Assembly: GCA_051294375.1 (NCBI GenBank)
Contig: CM119267.1
Coordinates: forward strand, 10,287,458 to 10,351,457
From: Paraspadella gotoi
Taxonomy: Eukaryota > Animalia > Chaetognatha
Reading direction: 5' to 3'
Length of the DNA stretch: 64,000 bases
Positions 12,838 through 27,433 of this stretch are shown here, piece after piece; position 1 is the stretch's first letter; each line of letters opens with the position of its first letter. The notes under the pieces are model-generated. The model searched no databases. It saw only the letters and a program-made list of their open reading frames with translations, and was not told where the DNA came from. Position numbers and translations under genes: made by a program.

Positions 12838-13695
12838 CGAGGAGGAAGGCGATCGACGATCCGAACTCCTATTCGGCCTGATCGATCGATCCTTTGATTA
12901 ATAGATAGAATCCCTGAATGATTGATTGAAATCTTCGTCTATCAAACCTCATCCTCTTGGTCGCATTCTTGCTCCTGTTTCTGCTCCTTTCTTCCTCGCT
13001 TCCGGTGCTCCTCTTTCTCTCAACATTACGATTCCCAAAGGTTTTCGAAAAAAAGGAATACATCAACGAACCGTCCTAACATCGATCTTTAAATCAAAAT
13101 AAAAAACTGAAAAAAACAAAAAAACTGACAACTTTCTCTCAGCGAATTCCTAAAGAACGAAAAAAAAATATACCTATCGCATCTCAAATCGAGTAAGTCG
13201 GTATTCAAAACGATTAATCTTGGAGAAGAAAAAAAATGAGATCAAGAGATCGAAAGTGAATTATTGGGGGGTATAAGCGCTTTATCTTGCGGGGTCATAA
13301 ACATTTAATAAGTTTGTGTTTTTGGTTCATTCGAGATTGATATGTTGGGGAGAGATAAGAGAAAGAGAGAGAGAGATATCTTAGATAATAAAAAAATAAA
13401 CTTTTCGATCGGTTCAATTTGTTGTTAAAGAATTGTGAATCGAAAATTAAAGAATTAAAAGCGTTAGTAATTCATCTGCAATGCAGGTTCATAATCATAT
13501 ATCTGAAAACTAAATTCACATTTTAAATATTCCTCACTGACTACGACTATATACTATATAGTATATAACTAACTGAATAAGGAATATGTGTCGTGTGTAT
13601 GGTTTATACTGCCTAAATAACGCTTACACGAACTTAGGTTTGAAAAATATATAATTCGATATATGTTATAACTCCATACAAAAATCATTTAAACA

Positions 13696-15349
13696 TTACT
13701 CTCGATACCGAACTCGTATCGCCGCAAACAGCGCCAGATACAAAACGGCGGCGGCGGCGTGAACACAAACGTTTAAATAAAACAAATGATCAATATTCGT
13801 CTGTTTGACAGTTATCGACGCCATGGAGATGGCCATTACGACGAATCCCAGGGACGACGCCAAAGACGAGGACGACTTGGATAGAAAAGTATCTTCCGCC
13901 GCCCGTTCGTCGTCATCCGGACGATTGGTGGCCGACGTTAGTGTCGGCAGTCCATGGAGGAATCCATGGAGGAAGGAGGAGAAGCAAGAAGAAAGGAAAG
14001 AAGAGGAGGACATGAGAAGAATGTTAACACCGGCCAAGAGGAGGCTAGTCGAGGCGTGGAGGAGAAGAAGGGAGAAAGAGGGGTTTGGGGATCTGAAGAG
14101 AGGAATTAATTAAAAGATTTAACTTTCGTGTTAAAATAATAAAAATTCAAACAACTATATATACACTACATCACCCACCGCAAATAATTTCGTCTGTTTC
14201 CGCAAAAGACGCTTAGTAGTGCCGGTGCAGCGCTACCGGCGCTGGCCGCCATCAACGCCGTCCATGATGCGGCGTGGTCGATGGGTCGCGCCATGAACGG
14301 AAGCAGCATCCAGGCGACGAAAGCCGCGGCTTCGTTGAGCCCGTTGGCGGTGTCGAGCGTAAATTGAGTCGCGGCCTCGAAAAGCGGTCGTGGCTTCGAT
14401 TCGGAAGTGTCTTTGCTTCGATCTGGCCTAAAAGAGTGAAAAAGTAAAAATAATAAATAAATGTGGTACGGATTTTAAATTGTGTCGATCTCAAAAATAA
14501 ACAGCGAACGTCTCGCCTTGCAACTGTTCTTGCGATCATCGCCGTCGGTAGCAAATGCAAGGTTGCTGCTCCGACGATAACCATCGCGCCGCCAACGGCA
14601 TAGTTCCAAAATAAAAGACCCGTCAACGGCGCCAAAACGACGCCGCCGACGGCGCCGCCCAACGACCGAAGCGAGACGGCGATATTTCCGTCGACACAGA
14701 AATCAGCGACGTCACGACAAAGACCGAAAGCGATTCCGAAAGGCGCCGCAAACGACGCCAAGAGGAAGCTGCTCGACGGAACGAAGGCGGAGGTGCAAAA
14801 TGCGGCGCCGGCGAGAATGTTCGAAGCCACAATGATCGGAACCGCGCCGGAACGCCGCAGGAGGAACTCCGAAAACAACGGCGTCATCGCCGCCACGCCC
14901 ATTGCCGTAACGCCTGAAGCGAAGACGGCGTCTTCCTCGGAGAAATAATCGCAAAGAGCGAGCGCGATGACGCCGTAGCAGCGATGAAAAGACGCAAACA
15001 CGAAAGAGACCAGGAAGCCGACAACGCCCGGCGTCGAAATTGACGCCGGCGACTTCGATCTTCGCGATCCCGGCGCCTTTCGCCGATTTCTCGAGCTTCG
15101 ACGGAATCTTATGCCGCGTCTCGGGGACAAGTTCGGCTCGGGACCCGACGACGCCCAACGGTCGGAAAAAACTGATTCCACGCTATCAGCTTTGACCGGA
15201 AGTTGGCGCAAGAAGAAACAGTCTCCGTAATCATCATCGTCGTCATCGTCGTCGTCCGGTGACCCGGATGTAGCGCGTAGGTCTATGCGGTCGTGGGGCA
15301 CATCCGGGGAAATTTCGGGATGTCGCCTCGTCGAAGTCTCTATCGCCAT
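13696..15349 (-). CDS. MFS transporter, monocarboxylate transporter (SLC16)-like, divergent; 3 exons
   Basis: Exons 15349-14517, 14427-14175, 14092-13696. Multiple hydrophobic helices with MCT-like signatures (YGV...CDYF; PLFSEFLLRRSG; PFGIAFGL; GGAVGGVVLAPL...NYAVGGAMVIVGAATLH). Intron 1 needs a GC donor (AAG|GCGAGA). Confidence 0.7.
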
Positions 15350-15630
15350 CGTCGTCGTCGTCGTCGTCGTTGTCTTCAACGTCGCAAAAGACGTTTTTGT
15401 CGTAAAAACTCAATTGCGAAATTAAAAGTTTAAAATGTTTTTTTTTTCTCTTATTTTGCGATTTCGTTTTGTACCGGGAGGTTCAAAGTCGAAAATGATT
15501 CTCGGCAGAAGTGATCCTTTTACCTTTTCGAGATTGCAGCTCACTGTAGGCGGATAATGAGAAAAATGAATCTCGGACGCGGGGGCATCTCTTTTTAACT
15601 TTCGCTCTCTCTCTCTCCCTTCCCCTCCTC

Positions 15631-15682
<52 letters not shown>

Positions 15683-16106
15683 CTCTCCTCTCTCTCTTCT
15701 CTCTCTCTCCCACTATTCCCCCCCCCATCGCCCCCTATTCTCGTGGGGCACCAAAGGATTTGAGGAAAAGAAGCTTCCAGTTTTGGCTTCTTGAAATTTT
15801 CAATCGTGAAAATAAACAGTTTTCGGGTTCGAGCGGTCGAGGCATGGAGATTGGAGAGAGCATAAAAATTTTTGTCTATGCAGATGCCTTCCATACCGGC
15901 GAAACTTTTAAAACCTTCGTTTTTAAGATTACTATATTTTTTTTTGAGCTTCAGTTTATCGTAACTGAGAGTAACTAACTTTTCAACTATTTTCCGCCTG
16001 TTTAATTATTCAATAATTTAGGTTACCATTCCGGGTGTGTCTTTTGTTTTTCAATTAAAGTCGCTTCTCTCGACGATAGAGAATATTGAGGACCTTTGTT
16101 TTGACG

Positions 16107-16119
16107 GTTCCCAAGCAAC
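16107..16119 (+). promoter_or_regulatory. Candidate RFX X-box upstream of the calcyphosin-like gene
   Basis: GTTCCCAAGCAAC is one mismatch from GTNRCC-N-RGYAAC and lies about 230 bp before the ATG. A forkhead-like AATAAACA sits near 16254. Confidence 0.35.
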
Positions 16120-16343
16120 CACTGAGAGAGCTTTCGACTTTCAAGTCGCTATTTTAAAACAAGTATAATTCTAAACACTATATTCACGAAACTCGAAACT
16201 TTATCATTGTCTTACGAGGAATATAAACAAAATAGTTCATAACTATACTCAAAAATAAACAAAATTACAAAATCCCAGCCTTAACGAAATGCGTCGCGAC
16301 TGGACAGAACGATCGACGCGACGATACACCGCGACATAAAGAG

Positions 16344-17789
<1,446 letters not shown>

Positions 17790-19660
17790 CGACCCTTAAC
17801 CGATTCATGGGATAATGTTAATAATTAACATATTATAAATTAATTTTGCTAAAGACATTCGTCAATCTTCTTCAACCTGGAGAAGATAAAAAAAACAGTC
17901 GCCTCAATTATTAATCCTAATTAAGAGTATTACCAAATATCTTGGAATATTTTTTTCCTACCGTCTTTTGAAATAATTTTAATTAGTCGGGCGAATAAGA
18001 AACAAGTTTTTTTTTTTATTTTGTGAAAGTTTGGGAAAAATAGTACATTTAGAGTTAATTATTAAAAATTTGTAGCAATATAACTGACATAACCATCTCA
18101 AGATGTAGGTATAAACTTTTAAGTGTATGTTTTTTTAACTTTAGACGGTTGTGTCAGTCATTATTACCCAAAAATAAAAGAAAATTCTCTGTGTTAAGTT
18201 TTTCCAAAGCTTTCAAAGATTTAGTGAAGCGAAAACGATATTTTTGTGAGACAGTGCTATGTAATTCCATCACCAAATTTTATTGTGTCATGGTTTTGAC
18301 GTGTTTTACGTGTATTGTAAAAAATTTAAGACCTTCCGGAGATTCTTCATTCGACCGAACATGTTAAAAAGTTTACAACTGACATCGATACTGGAGCGAG
18401 AAATTGTAAATTATAACATTTTTTATTCCGATTTTATTTTTTTACAATCCGTAAAAGCAACTTTCAAGTTCGAAAAGTCGATTAATTTTCTTGTCGAATC
18501 ATGAAACTTTGGGATATATTTATGTAAATTCGTGTCCTTTTTAATATTTAACGTCTAATTGCGCCGAGGATCAGCGATCATCTCTCGCGAGTTAATAAGT
18601 TAGCATGATCGTCTCCAGGGAATTTGAATTTGAATAAATAGAGAACGAATTAATTGGGGATGAAAAATGAAAGGAAGGAAATCATTAGATTTTAAAATCA
18701 TTATTTTATGCCCTGGTATACGTTGTGAAAAAAAAAATAAAAGTAATTAAAGACAGACTTGTTTGGGAAACGGAAAAAAAAAATCGTGATCAGATAATTC
18801 CAAATTAACTGAAACGATGAAGTTTATGAATGCTTAAGAAAATCAGAAAATGAATATTACCTAATACAATTTCTTGAGGTTGAAATTTAGGAATCTTTTC
18901 TTTTCTTTAGCATTAAGAATCTCAAAAAAAGAGAAAACAAGTTTGAGCGATGTTCTGACATGATATAAGTGAATGCTCGACAAGATTGGGGGGGGCGGAC
19001 CGACGGACCGACAAAGTGAATTATAGAGTCGGGATCTGCTGATAAGCAGATCCGACTAAAAAAGACGAGGATAAAAATCTAAAAAAAAAAGACAACTTTT
19101 ACTTAAAAAATCCACCCCCCCAACCCCCTTGATTAAATCCCCCCCCCTTTTAATACGCTCGACCGGACGTGGGTACTCGAAATTCTCCGCATTCGAGCCA
19201 AAGGCCATAAATAACCGAGTTATAATAAAAGCTTCGATCGTGTCGACCTTGTTATCGTTGTCCTGGTTGTTGTTGTAGTCTGGCCTTTTTTTATGATAAC
19301 TCTTGATTTAACTTTTCCGATCACATATTTTTTTTTCTTCTATAGAATAACTATTAACGATTAACTATTAACTGTAGCCGGTATGATAGGGTAGGATATT
19401 CGTCTATTTTTTGTTAGGATTCTTACAGTCCTGTCCATTACCTCATTTTCTTGGCCCGAGAACGAATTAAATCACCGACCAACGTCAGTTCTTGTACTTT
19501 CGCTTGATTAAACTCAAAGAATTGATTACTATCCCCCCACCCGCCGACCGACGGTGGCCTCGCGACCCCAGCATTATTCATCTCGATCTTTGGCTCGACA
19601 TTCTCCCAGCCCTGGATCGAAGATTACATTGCGTGACGTGAGGGCTCTTGGCGAAGAGTT

Positions 19661-19703
19661 TCCGATTGGCCGGGCTCAACGACTAGGACGCGTCCGATTG
19701 GCT
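19661..19703. promoter_or_regulatory. Pair of inverted CCAAT (NF-Y) boxes spaced 32 bp apart
   Basis: CCGATTGGC with ATTGG at 19665 and 19697; CRE-like TGACGT near 19634; upstream of centrobin. Confidence 0.4.
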
Positions 19704-20537
19704 CTCGTCGATCACGACAACGTCATGATTCGTGGCAGCTTAATGAAGTTCTCGCGCTCTTGTCTCCGATCGGAACTCATCTTCGTGGATGCATGAAATC
19801 GCCGCGCACGGTTTTATTGATAAAGAAGGGGGGAGGGGGGAGGTTGAAGAGGCGACTCATCATAGGACTGGAATCGATTCGAGATTCGATATAAACTTTG
19901 ATGATTATAGAGACGGAAAAAAAGAGAGAGAGAGACTCAAAGAGGGAGTTAAAGAGTTTTTCTAGCATTGCAACTTTTTTACTTTTTAAAAGTATTCGAA
20001 CTTCACAGTATTAAAACTAGTTGGCAGAAAAACATTAGCTCCGTGTCAAAAATGTCATCCAGTTCCCCAACGACCACCTGAGCACCGAGCCTTGAAGCAG
20101 GTCGCCGTTTCGATGTCAGCCCAACGCCCGAGTCTATTCCGTAGTTTCGTCGCCAGGCAACCATTGTCTCTTCGGACCTTTCTGATAAAAGCGGGTATGT
20201 CAAAATATCCTCGCACCATAATGGATGCGCGAGTTATTCGTTAAAAAGAGATTTATCTCGGTAAAAAAAAAAAACGAGAAAGTTTTTTTTACGCCCATGT
20301 ACGTAGAAAAAAAAACTGATATAATCTGATCGGTTACTGTCGAGGAGCGACACGTTTTTATGAAGAGAAAACACGTGGACAAACGATCAAACGAATGACA
20401 CATAATAATAGTTTTTCCCGAGTCTTACTCTGGACTCATAGCGACCCCAAAATTGCGGCCCCTCTAAACGTAAACTAAAAAAAAGTCACTTCAACGCCAT
20501 CTCCATTCTAACACCGTCTCCGCCACGCCCAGTCACA

Positions 20538-22735
20538 ATGACCTCTACCCTCTCGCCCGGTCTCCATCTTCCCCTTCACGTGGACGCATCCGCGCTGACG
20601 ATCGGCGTCGACGACATTAAAGACGGAACGACGACGATGACGCCAACGACGCCGACGTTTTGCGTCGACACTCAAGTTCTGCGCGACAATTTGGAAAAGG
20701 AGAGATACAAAAGGAAACATTGCATAAAACAGATTCACGAATTGCAGGTGAGTTGGCTTTAACAAAGAAAGATTGGAATAGATTTTGGTGAAATATATCA
20801 CCAGATGCTACCTTCAAAAGAAAACAGTTAAAAAAAAAACTGATTGAATGTCAAAACTACGTAACTAAAATTTTTCTGATGTCTAGATGTAAAACGAACT
20901 GAAATTCTCCTTTTCCTCTTTAATCCCTAGGAGAAGCTGCTAGAAACTCAGCAACAGCTAGCCGTCGCTGTCTCCGTCGACAAGAAGAAAGAACTGATGA
21001 TTGAGCAGCTCGACAAAACATTGGCCCAACTGGTCGAGGGCTGGAAGAAGCAGGAGACGGAGCGGCAGTCCGTCGTCGACGGCCTCAAGACCGACAAAGC
21101 AGACGCCGAGCAGCGACTCTCTAAGGCCCGCGTCGACTACGAAAAGCTCGTCGCCGATCAGAGCGACTTGGCAGACCGCCTCCAGCGTCAGATGCAGCTT
21201 CTGAAGCGTAAGGACGCAGAGCGGCAGGCGGAGATCGATCGGTGGAGAAAAGAGGCGTCTCGGCTGGAAGGCGCATTGGAGGAAGAGCGAAAGGCGACGT
21301 CGGCGGCGGCCAAGGAGAGAGAGCGAGTCAACGCCGAGCGAAAGGAGGAGAGCGTCTGGCGGGAGAAGCAGCGGCTCGCCGCAAGCGAGGAGCGACGTCT
21401 GCTGGAGTCGAAGATGCTGGTGCAGCGGAAAGAGTTCGAGTTCCGCACACCGCGGCCTGCAGAAAGACTTCGAGGCGTCGGCGGAGGCGCTGAGGGCGCA
21501 GTTTGCGGGGCAGAAGAAGGTCAACGCCCAGACGACGAGGAATTGTCGATCGGCGCAGAAGGAAGCGACGCAGTTGGAGTGGAACTGGACGCCCGAGGAG
21601 GGAGAGGGAGTCGTTGAAGGTGAGGAAAGGATGGATTATTGGACGGACATACGGATATAGGCTGAAAGCAGTTTTTGTGCGAATTTAATCATCAGAAAAC
21701 ATGGTCGATTTGGGATTGATTGATTGCTTGATCATCGATGTTTATTGATTGTGCTTTAATAATTAATAATTGATTAATTACTCTATCTCAGGTGGAGCTG
21801 AATATCGCTACGGCGATCTCCGCAGACACGACTGAGGCCCGGCCTCAAGCGTTATTAAGTCCGAGGCCCGTTTGGAGGCCGAGCAACTAATGGAGCAACG
21901 GCTCCAGGAGGTCGTGCTCCATTGGACTTCCAAGGAGAGGAAAACCGCCGAGGATCACGCGGCCAAGCTGGAGCAGATGGCGGCTAGATCGGCGGCAGAG
22001 CAGAACGCCGCCCGCGAAGCGTCGGAGACGGAGGCGGCGCGAGCGAAGAAACGTCACCAAGAGTTGGTGGAGTCGCTAGAGGCGAAACTCTGCGAAAGCC
22101 ACAGGTTCATCGGGAAACTGTTGGAGGAAAAGAAAGAGATGGAGACCAACAGGGACGACGTGGTGGCAAAGGTGCGTTCAATGATGCGGTCGCACTGCTC
22201 CGAGACTCTGAGGCTGCTGGACGAAGGCGCGGAAGCGCCGGGGACGGCCTCGAGATTTTCCGGCATCGCGATCGACGGCGACGGAGTCGTCGGCGGCGCC
22301 AGACCGAGGTACGAGTTGTACGACGCTCTTCCCGGCACCGGAGCGGCGCCGAGGCCGGCGTCAGGTAGCGTTGATTCCGGCGTTTCGCGATCGGACGAGG
22401 GCGCCACGAGCGACGACGGCGTGGAAGGTTTGCCTTTCGACGCGCGGACGCGATCGTCGCCGGCGTCTAAGGCGCCCAAAATGCCGTCCGAGGCGGCGTC
22501 GAACGGCATCGATACGACGCTCAACGCAGCGCCGGAAGATAACGACGAGTTGATGAACTTGTTCCGTGGAATAATCCAACGAACAAAGACGACGCCGCCG
22601 ACGACGACAACGCCGAAAGCGACCACAACGACGTCGGCGACGAAAAAAGAAAACTCGGCGAATCTCCTTCTTTGTCAAGACAAAATCAAACGGTTTTTGA
22701 CTCTGATGAACGCGAATCAAGATGGCAGCGAGTGA
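20538..22735 (+). CDS. CNTROB: Centrobin-like centriolar coiled-coil protein; 3 exons with several apparent frameshifts
   Basis: Exons about 20538-20747, 20931-21619, 21792-22735. ERYKRKHCIKQIHELQEKLLETQQQLAVAVSVDKKKELMIEQLDKTLAQLVEGWKKQETER matches the centrobin core (RKHC...QQQLAVAV..D.KK..MIEQLDKTLA.VVEGW). Frame breaks near 21440-21600 and 21830-21860. Confidence 0.82.
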
Positions 22736-23357
22736 CCGGCTATTTATTGCTTTATTGTTTGAGAATGTGGAAAGGAATAGGGAGAAGAAAAGGAAGTACA
22801 TATCACAAGTGGATCATTGTTTGTTGATAATGCGAGCTTTTAAAAATTGTTTTTGTACTTATATTTTTTTTTCAAACATAACTATGAAATTGACAGATAT
22901 TATTTAACTTTTCCATAAATTGAGTTATAAAGACAATTTTACTATTAAAAATAATTCCGAAGATGAAAAAAGGGATATTTTCGTCTGATAAATATTAATA
23001 TCGTCTGAAAACCACTTGTTTCTATTTTACCCTTTCTTCTTCGCCAGAGGGCTTTTAGGCTTTTAGGAGAGTAATCTCTCGATGCAATTTTGTTTATGAC
23101 CGACGGAAAGGCTTTCGTCAAGCGTTGCCAGGGATACATTTACGTCAATATCGAAAGGCGGGGGCGTTAATACGTGCATCCCGTTTCATCTGTGGTAAAG
23201 AATGACATCTTTCAATTCGTTTCAATTATTTTTTAATAATCTACTGATATGTTTTATTTCCTTTTGAAATGTTTTGTGTAGTGTATGAATAGTAAATAAA
23301 TAGAAATGCTATCGTTTTAGTATGTATCTCCAACAAAAAATGATTTCTGGGTAGGAG

Positions 23358-23410
<53 letters not shown>

Positions 23411-23525
23411 AGAAATATTGGAAAATAAAGAAAGGTAAAAGAAAGGAATGAGTAGGGAAACCATACAATTGGGATTGGAAGCAACTGACACGAACACAAC
23501 TAGCGTCGAGAGCGAGAGAGAGAGA

Positions 23526-23604
<79 letters not shown>

Positions 23605-24233
23605 GAAGAGAAGACAGAGACAAAACCCGACGTTTTCTCGTTTCGTGTGCAACGGAAAGGAAAGAGGCATCGCCCGGGAGGAAGGGAGGAGGAAGAAGAG
23701 GACGAAGAGAGGAAGGGAAAAGGCGAACCGGAAGAGCGCCTCTCCTTTTCCCTTCTCCTCTCCTTCGTTAGGTTTCGAAGGAGAGAAACGTCGGTCTCTC
23801 GTGTCGGTCTCTCATGTCGGTCCCCGAAAGATCTGCATGGGAGTCGCCGCCCCGACCAAAAGAAAAAAAAGGGACGACAATGCCCGCCAGGAGCCAAGGG
23901 CGTTTCGTGTCGCGCAGATTCTGACCGCGACACAGAATCGTCTTTGCAAATTTTGACGTCGAAAGATTAGAGGAAAAATGAAGTCGGGAACAAAAAGAAA
24001 CGAAAGATTAAGTTTGGAATTCAACGCCGCTTAATTTTTTTTTATAATTCGAATCTGTTTTCACTGGTCAGTCAATGTGCCAATAAAACGCCTTCGGAAT
24101 TTACATTTTATTCATCCATTGAGACTCTAAACGAACATAAGCTACAAGTTAATATACAAAAATATACAATAAGGAACGGCATCACCGCTCACCTAGTACT
24201 TTAACCCTCCCAAGCCCCCGCCCTACCGCAACC

Positions 24234-26042
24234 ATGCAAAGTTCCATGCCCCCGCTGCGGCGCACCATCAAAAACGTCGTCAACAACTACACCGAGCCGC
24301 AGATCAAAGTTCGCGAGGCGACCTCCAACGACCCTTGGGGTCCGTCTTCGTCGCTAATGGCAGAAATATCGGACATGAGCTACAACGCTGTCGCTTTCTC
24401 CGAGATCATGCAGATGGTGTGGAAGCGCCTTAACGATCACGGCAAGAACTGGCGCCACGTGTACAAGGCGCTAACGCTGATGGACTATCTCGTCAAGACT
24501 GGATCGGAAAAGGTGGCCGACCAGTGTCGCGAAAACATCTTCGCCATACAGACTCTTAAGGACTTTGTCTACGTGGAGGACAACAAAGACCAGGGCGTCA
24601 ACGTGAGAGAAAAAGCCAAACAGTTGACGGCGCTCTTGAACGACGAGGATCGCCTCAAGAACGAGCGGGCGAAAGCGTTGAGGACGAAAGAGAAGTTCGC
24701 CGGACGCGACGGCGAAGGATTCGGAGGGAGCGACGGTGGATTCGGCGGCGGCGGACCGCGGGTCAGGGCGCCGGATGCCCGAATCCCTCCCGACGCTCAT
24801 CGGCGAGGCGGCGATCGAATGGAACGAGGCGGGCGCCCGCGCCGGATGGGCAATAACGAAATGGAAGCGGCGCGGCCGGCGACTTATGGGGAGGAGGAGT
24901 TGCAATTGCAACTGGCGCTGGCCATCTCGAGGGAAGAGGCGGAGGCAGACCAAAAGAAAAAGAAAAAGAAGGCGGAGGACGCCGTGATCGATAACCGAGA
25001 GGGAAGAGGCGACGCCGGAGATCGACGCCGACGGGGATCGTCGACGACGACGCCGAATCGTCCGTCGGCGGCGTTGTTGGATCTAGATATGTGGAACGAC
25101 GACTCCGCGGCGCCACCGTCGACGGAGAACATCAACAGCCCAGGGATCCCGCGGGCGACGAGCGGATTCGGGTGGTCGGGCGGCGCCGCTCCATCCGCAG
25201 CCGAAGATCCTTGGGGGATGTCACCGATGGACGCGCCCAAGCCGCCTCCGGCAACATATGCGGCTGCGGCAGCGACGCTGCCGCCGACAGCGGCGCCGCT
25301 CCTTTCTCCGCCGTCGAAAGACGATTTTAAAACGCCCTCCGCCGCCGGCGACGTTGCGGGTGTAAAGTCTCCGCCGATGGCCTCGTCCGCCGACGCGTTC
25401 GATTTTGGAGGATTCGGCGACGGCATCGTCGAGGATCCATTTGTCGTGAAGACGGAGCCGCCACTCGCCCCGACGACCGTCCCCAACGACGGCGCTAACG
25501 ACGATAAACCAAAGCCACGATCGGCCGAAGATTTTCTCGGCGTCAATTCTTCGCTCGTCAACTTGGATTCGCTGGTGTCGCTGAGCAAACCGGCGCCAGA
25601 ATTGGCGAGCGGCGTGGGTGGCGGCGCCCTCGCGAACCCCTTCGCCCTAACGCCGTCCGGGATCGGCATGAAGGCCTCCCCATCTGGCGGGAACCCTTTC
25701 GCCTCCTCCGCCCCCAAAGGGCCGCCGATGAACCAAATGAAAAACGACGTCAACAACTTCGACGCCCCTGTCACCACGCCCACCGCCAGCCTTTCGCCAA
25801 TGGCGCCTCTAGCGCCGATGGGACCTTTGGGCCCGATGCCGCCCGCAGCAATGACGCCGACTTTTTCCGGCCCTGTGCCGATGGCGCCGTACGGAGCAAC
25901 GTCGCCGATGGCCCCGATAGCGCCGATGGCACCAATAGCGCCGCAGATGAGATTCAACCCGGCCGCGCGTCAACTACCGATCAACGGAACGCCTGGGAGA
26001 CCAGCGGCGCCTCAGGGAGATTCCAATCCGTTTTTGCTTTGA
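24234..26042 (+). CDS. EPN: Epsin (ENTH domain, UIM, clathrin boxes, DPW/DPF, 3 NPF); intronless CDS; 602 aa
   Basis: ENTH motifs KVREATSNDPWGPSSSLM and GKNWRHVYKAL; UIM EEELQLQLALAISREEAE; LLDLD and LVNLDSL clathrin-box-like motifs; C-terminal SNPFLL. Confidence 0.96.
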   Translation: MQSSMPPLRRTIKNVVNNYTEPQIKVREATSNDPWGPSSSLMAEISDMSYNAVAFSEIMQMVWKRLNDHGKNWRHVYKALTLMDYLVKTGSEKVADQCRENIFAIQTLKDFVYVEDNKDQGVNVREKAKQLTALLNDEDRLKNERAKALRTKEKFAGRDGEGFGGSDGGFGGGGPRVRAPDARIPPDAHRRGGDRMERGGRPRRMGNNEMEAARPATYGEEELQLQLALAISREEAEADQKKKKKKAEDAVIDNREGRGDAGDRRRRGSSTTTPNRPSAALLDLDMWNDDSAAPPSTENINSPGIPRATSGFGWSGGAAPSAAEDPWGMSPMDAPKPPPATYAAAAATLPPTAAPLLSPPSKDDFKTPSAAGDVAGVKSPPMASSADAFDFGGFGDGIVEDPFVVKTEPPLAPTTVPNDGANDDKPKPRSAEDFLGVNSSLVNLDSLVSLSKPAPELASGVGGGALANPFALTPSGIGMKASPSGGNPFASSAPKGPPMNQMKNDVNNFDAPVTTPTASLSPMAPLAPMGPLGPMPPAAMTPTFSGPVPMAPYGATSPMAPIAPMAPIAPQMRFNPAARQLPINGTPGRPAAPQGDSNPFLL

Positions 26043-27433
26043 GCGACGAGAGATTACAAACAAAGAAGGAATTTTGAGAGAGAAAGAAGAAACCTCATCG
26101 TGTTTTTTTTTTCTTTGTCAATTTTTTTAATATTTTTTTTATACTCACTTCCAGTTTAAAAATAAAAACAGAATTCTGACTGTCATCCACAACTGCCTCT
26201 TCAGTCTTGGGTCGTTGGCACACTTTTCCTTTATTTTTCCTCTTAAAATCACGCGCACTGTTTTTTTTTTTCGTTACAACTGTTTTGACGGCTCGTTTTT
26301 TAAAGTTTTCGCTCTCTTTCTTCAGCCGTTTCTCCTTTTTGATACCTTTGTCCTTTAATGACCTCTTGTCTTTATGAAAACGACCGTTCTGGTTTTTTAA
26401 CACACGTCCTAGGATTAGTTGATCAAAATCTGTACCGCAATTCATGTTTGAAGCTTATTGACGATTGAGTAAAAATCTTTTTTAGAACTATCTCCGTTTT
26501 TTGTTCTTTTTGATCGCTACATTTAAAAAGAGATAAGTAAAAAAGGATGAGAGACATCGGATCCCAGAATCAATCCGGTTTGATCCAGTTTAATTAAGTA
26601 GCTCCAGCAAGAATAGGGTCGTTAGTGATTAAACAATTAAGATAAAAAAATCATCTAGAGATCGAATAACCGACGATTAACTCTCATTAGCTATCTCGCA
26701 CTCGCGCTCTCTCCTTCCCTCCCTCCCTCCCTCCCTCCCTCATTTTCCCTCACTCCCTCTCTTTCTAGGTATAATTTTAGCTATTATGCTGACTTTTTAT
26801 TGATTAAAACTGGTGTTTATATAGCATCAAGGAGAGAATATAAATATTAAATAATCCAAAAAATCTATTTTTTCTTTTTGGACACAGATCTTGGAAAAAA
26901 TTTAAATTTGAACCTTACTATAAAAAAATTAGTGTTCGAAATTTTTAGAAAAAATCTACCTCTATCTATCACTAGCTTGTCAGCTTTGCTCTCAAATTAA
27001 AAGATTTAGATATATTTCTAATTACGTAAAAAATGGTACGTATTCATCTTGCGTTAATTGTCATCCGAAAGGTCATAAGAAAAAAAAAGCAAATTTTAGA
27101 ACTTAAATTACAATTTTATTGCGCGCCACGAATTAATTTTAATATTCGAGACTTTCGCCGCTCTTGACCCGAAGGTTAAGAGCCTTATTGAATCGGACCG
27201 TCTTCTTTGATGACACTTGGTCGGCATCCAATTAAATCCCGAAAATATCCGTTCAGTCGAAGTCAAAGTGAAATACATCGTTCGATTCCAGAAAGGACGC
27301 TCTCGATCCAAAGATTTTTGAAGCAAAACTTGTTTTTGTATGAGAGCCAAAAAAGATAATCGCAATAATTGGAAAAGTAAATTAAAAAAAAACTTGAAAT
27401 TTTCACATTAAAAGTAATTTTCTCACTCGCGCG

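Noticed and set aside
23241-23933. SLSLSL/ERERER ORFs here and at about 15.5, 31.5, 46.5-47.5, 55.6 and 57.7-59.5 kb
   Set aside because: Translations of (CT/GA)n microsatellites.
24884-25957. 357-aa antisense ORF within epsin (and the 212-aa one within HAL)
   Set aside because: Expected from GC-rich codon usage on the sense strand.
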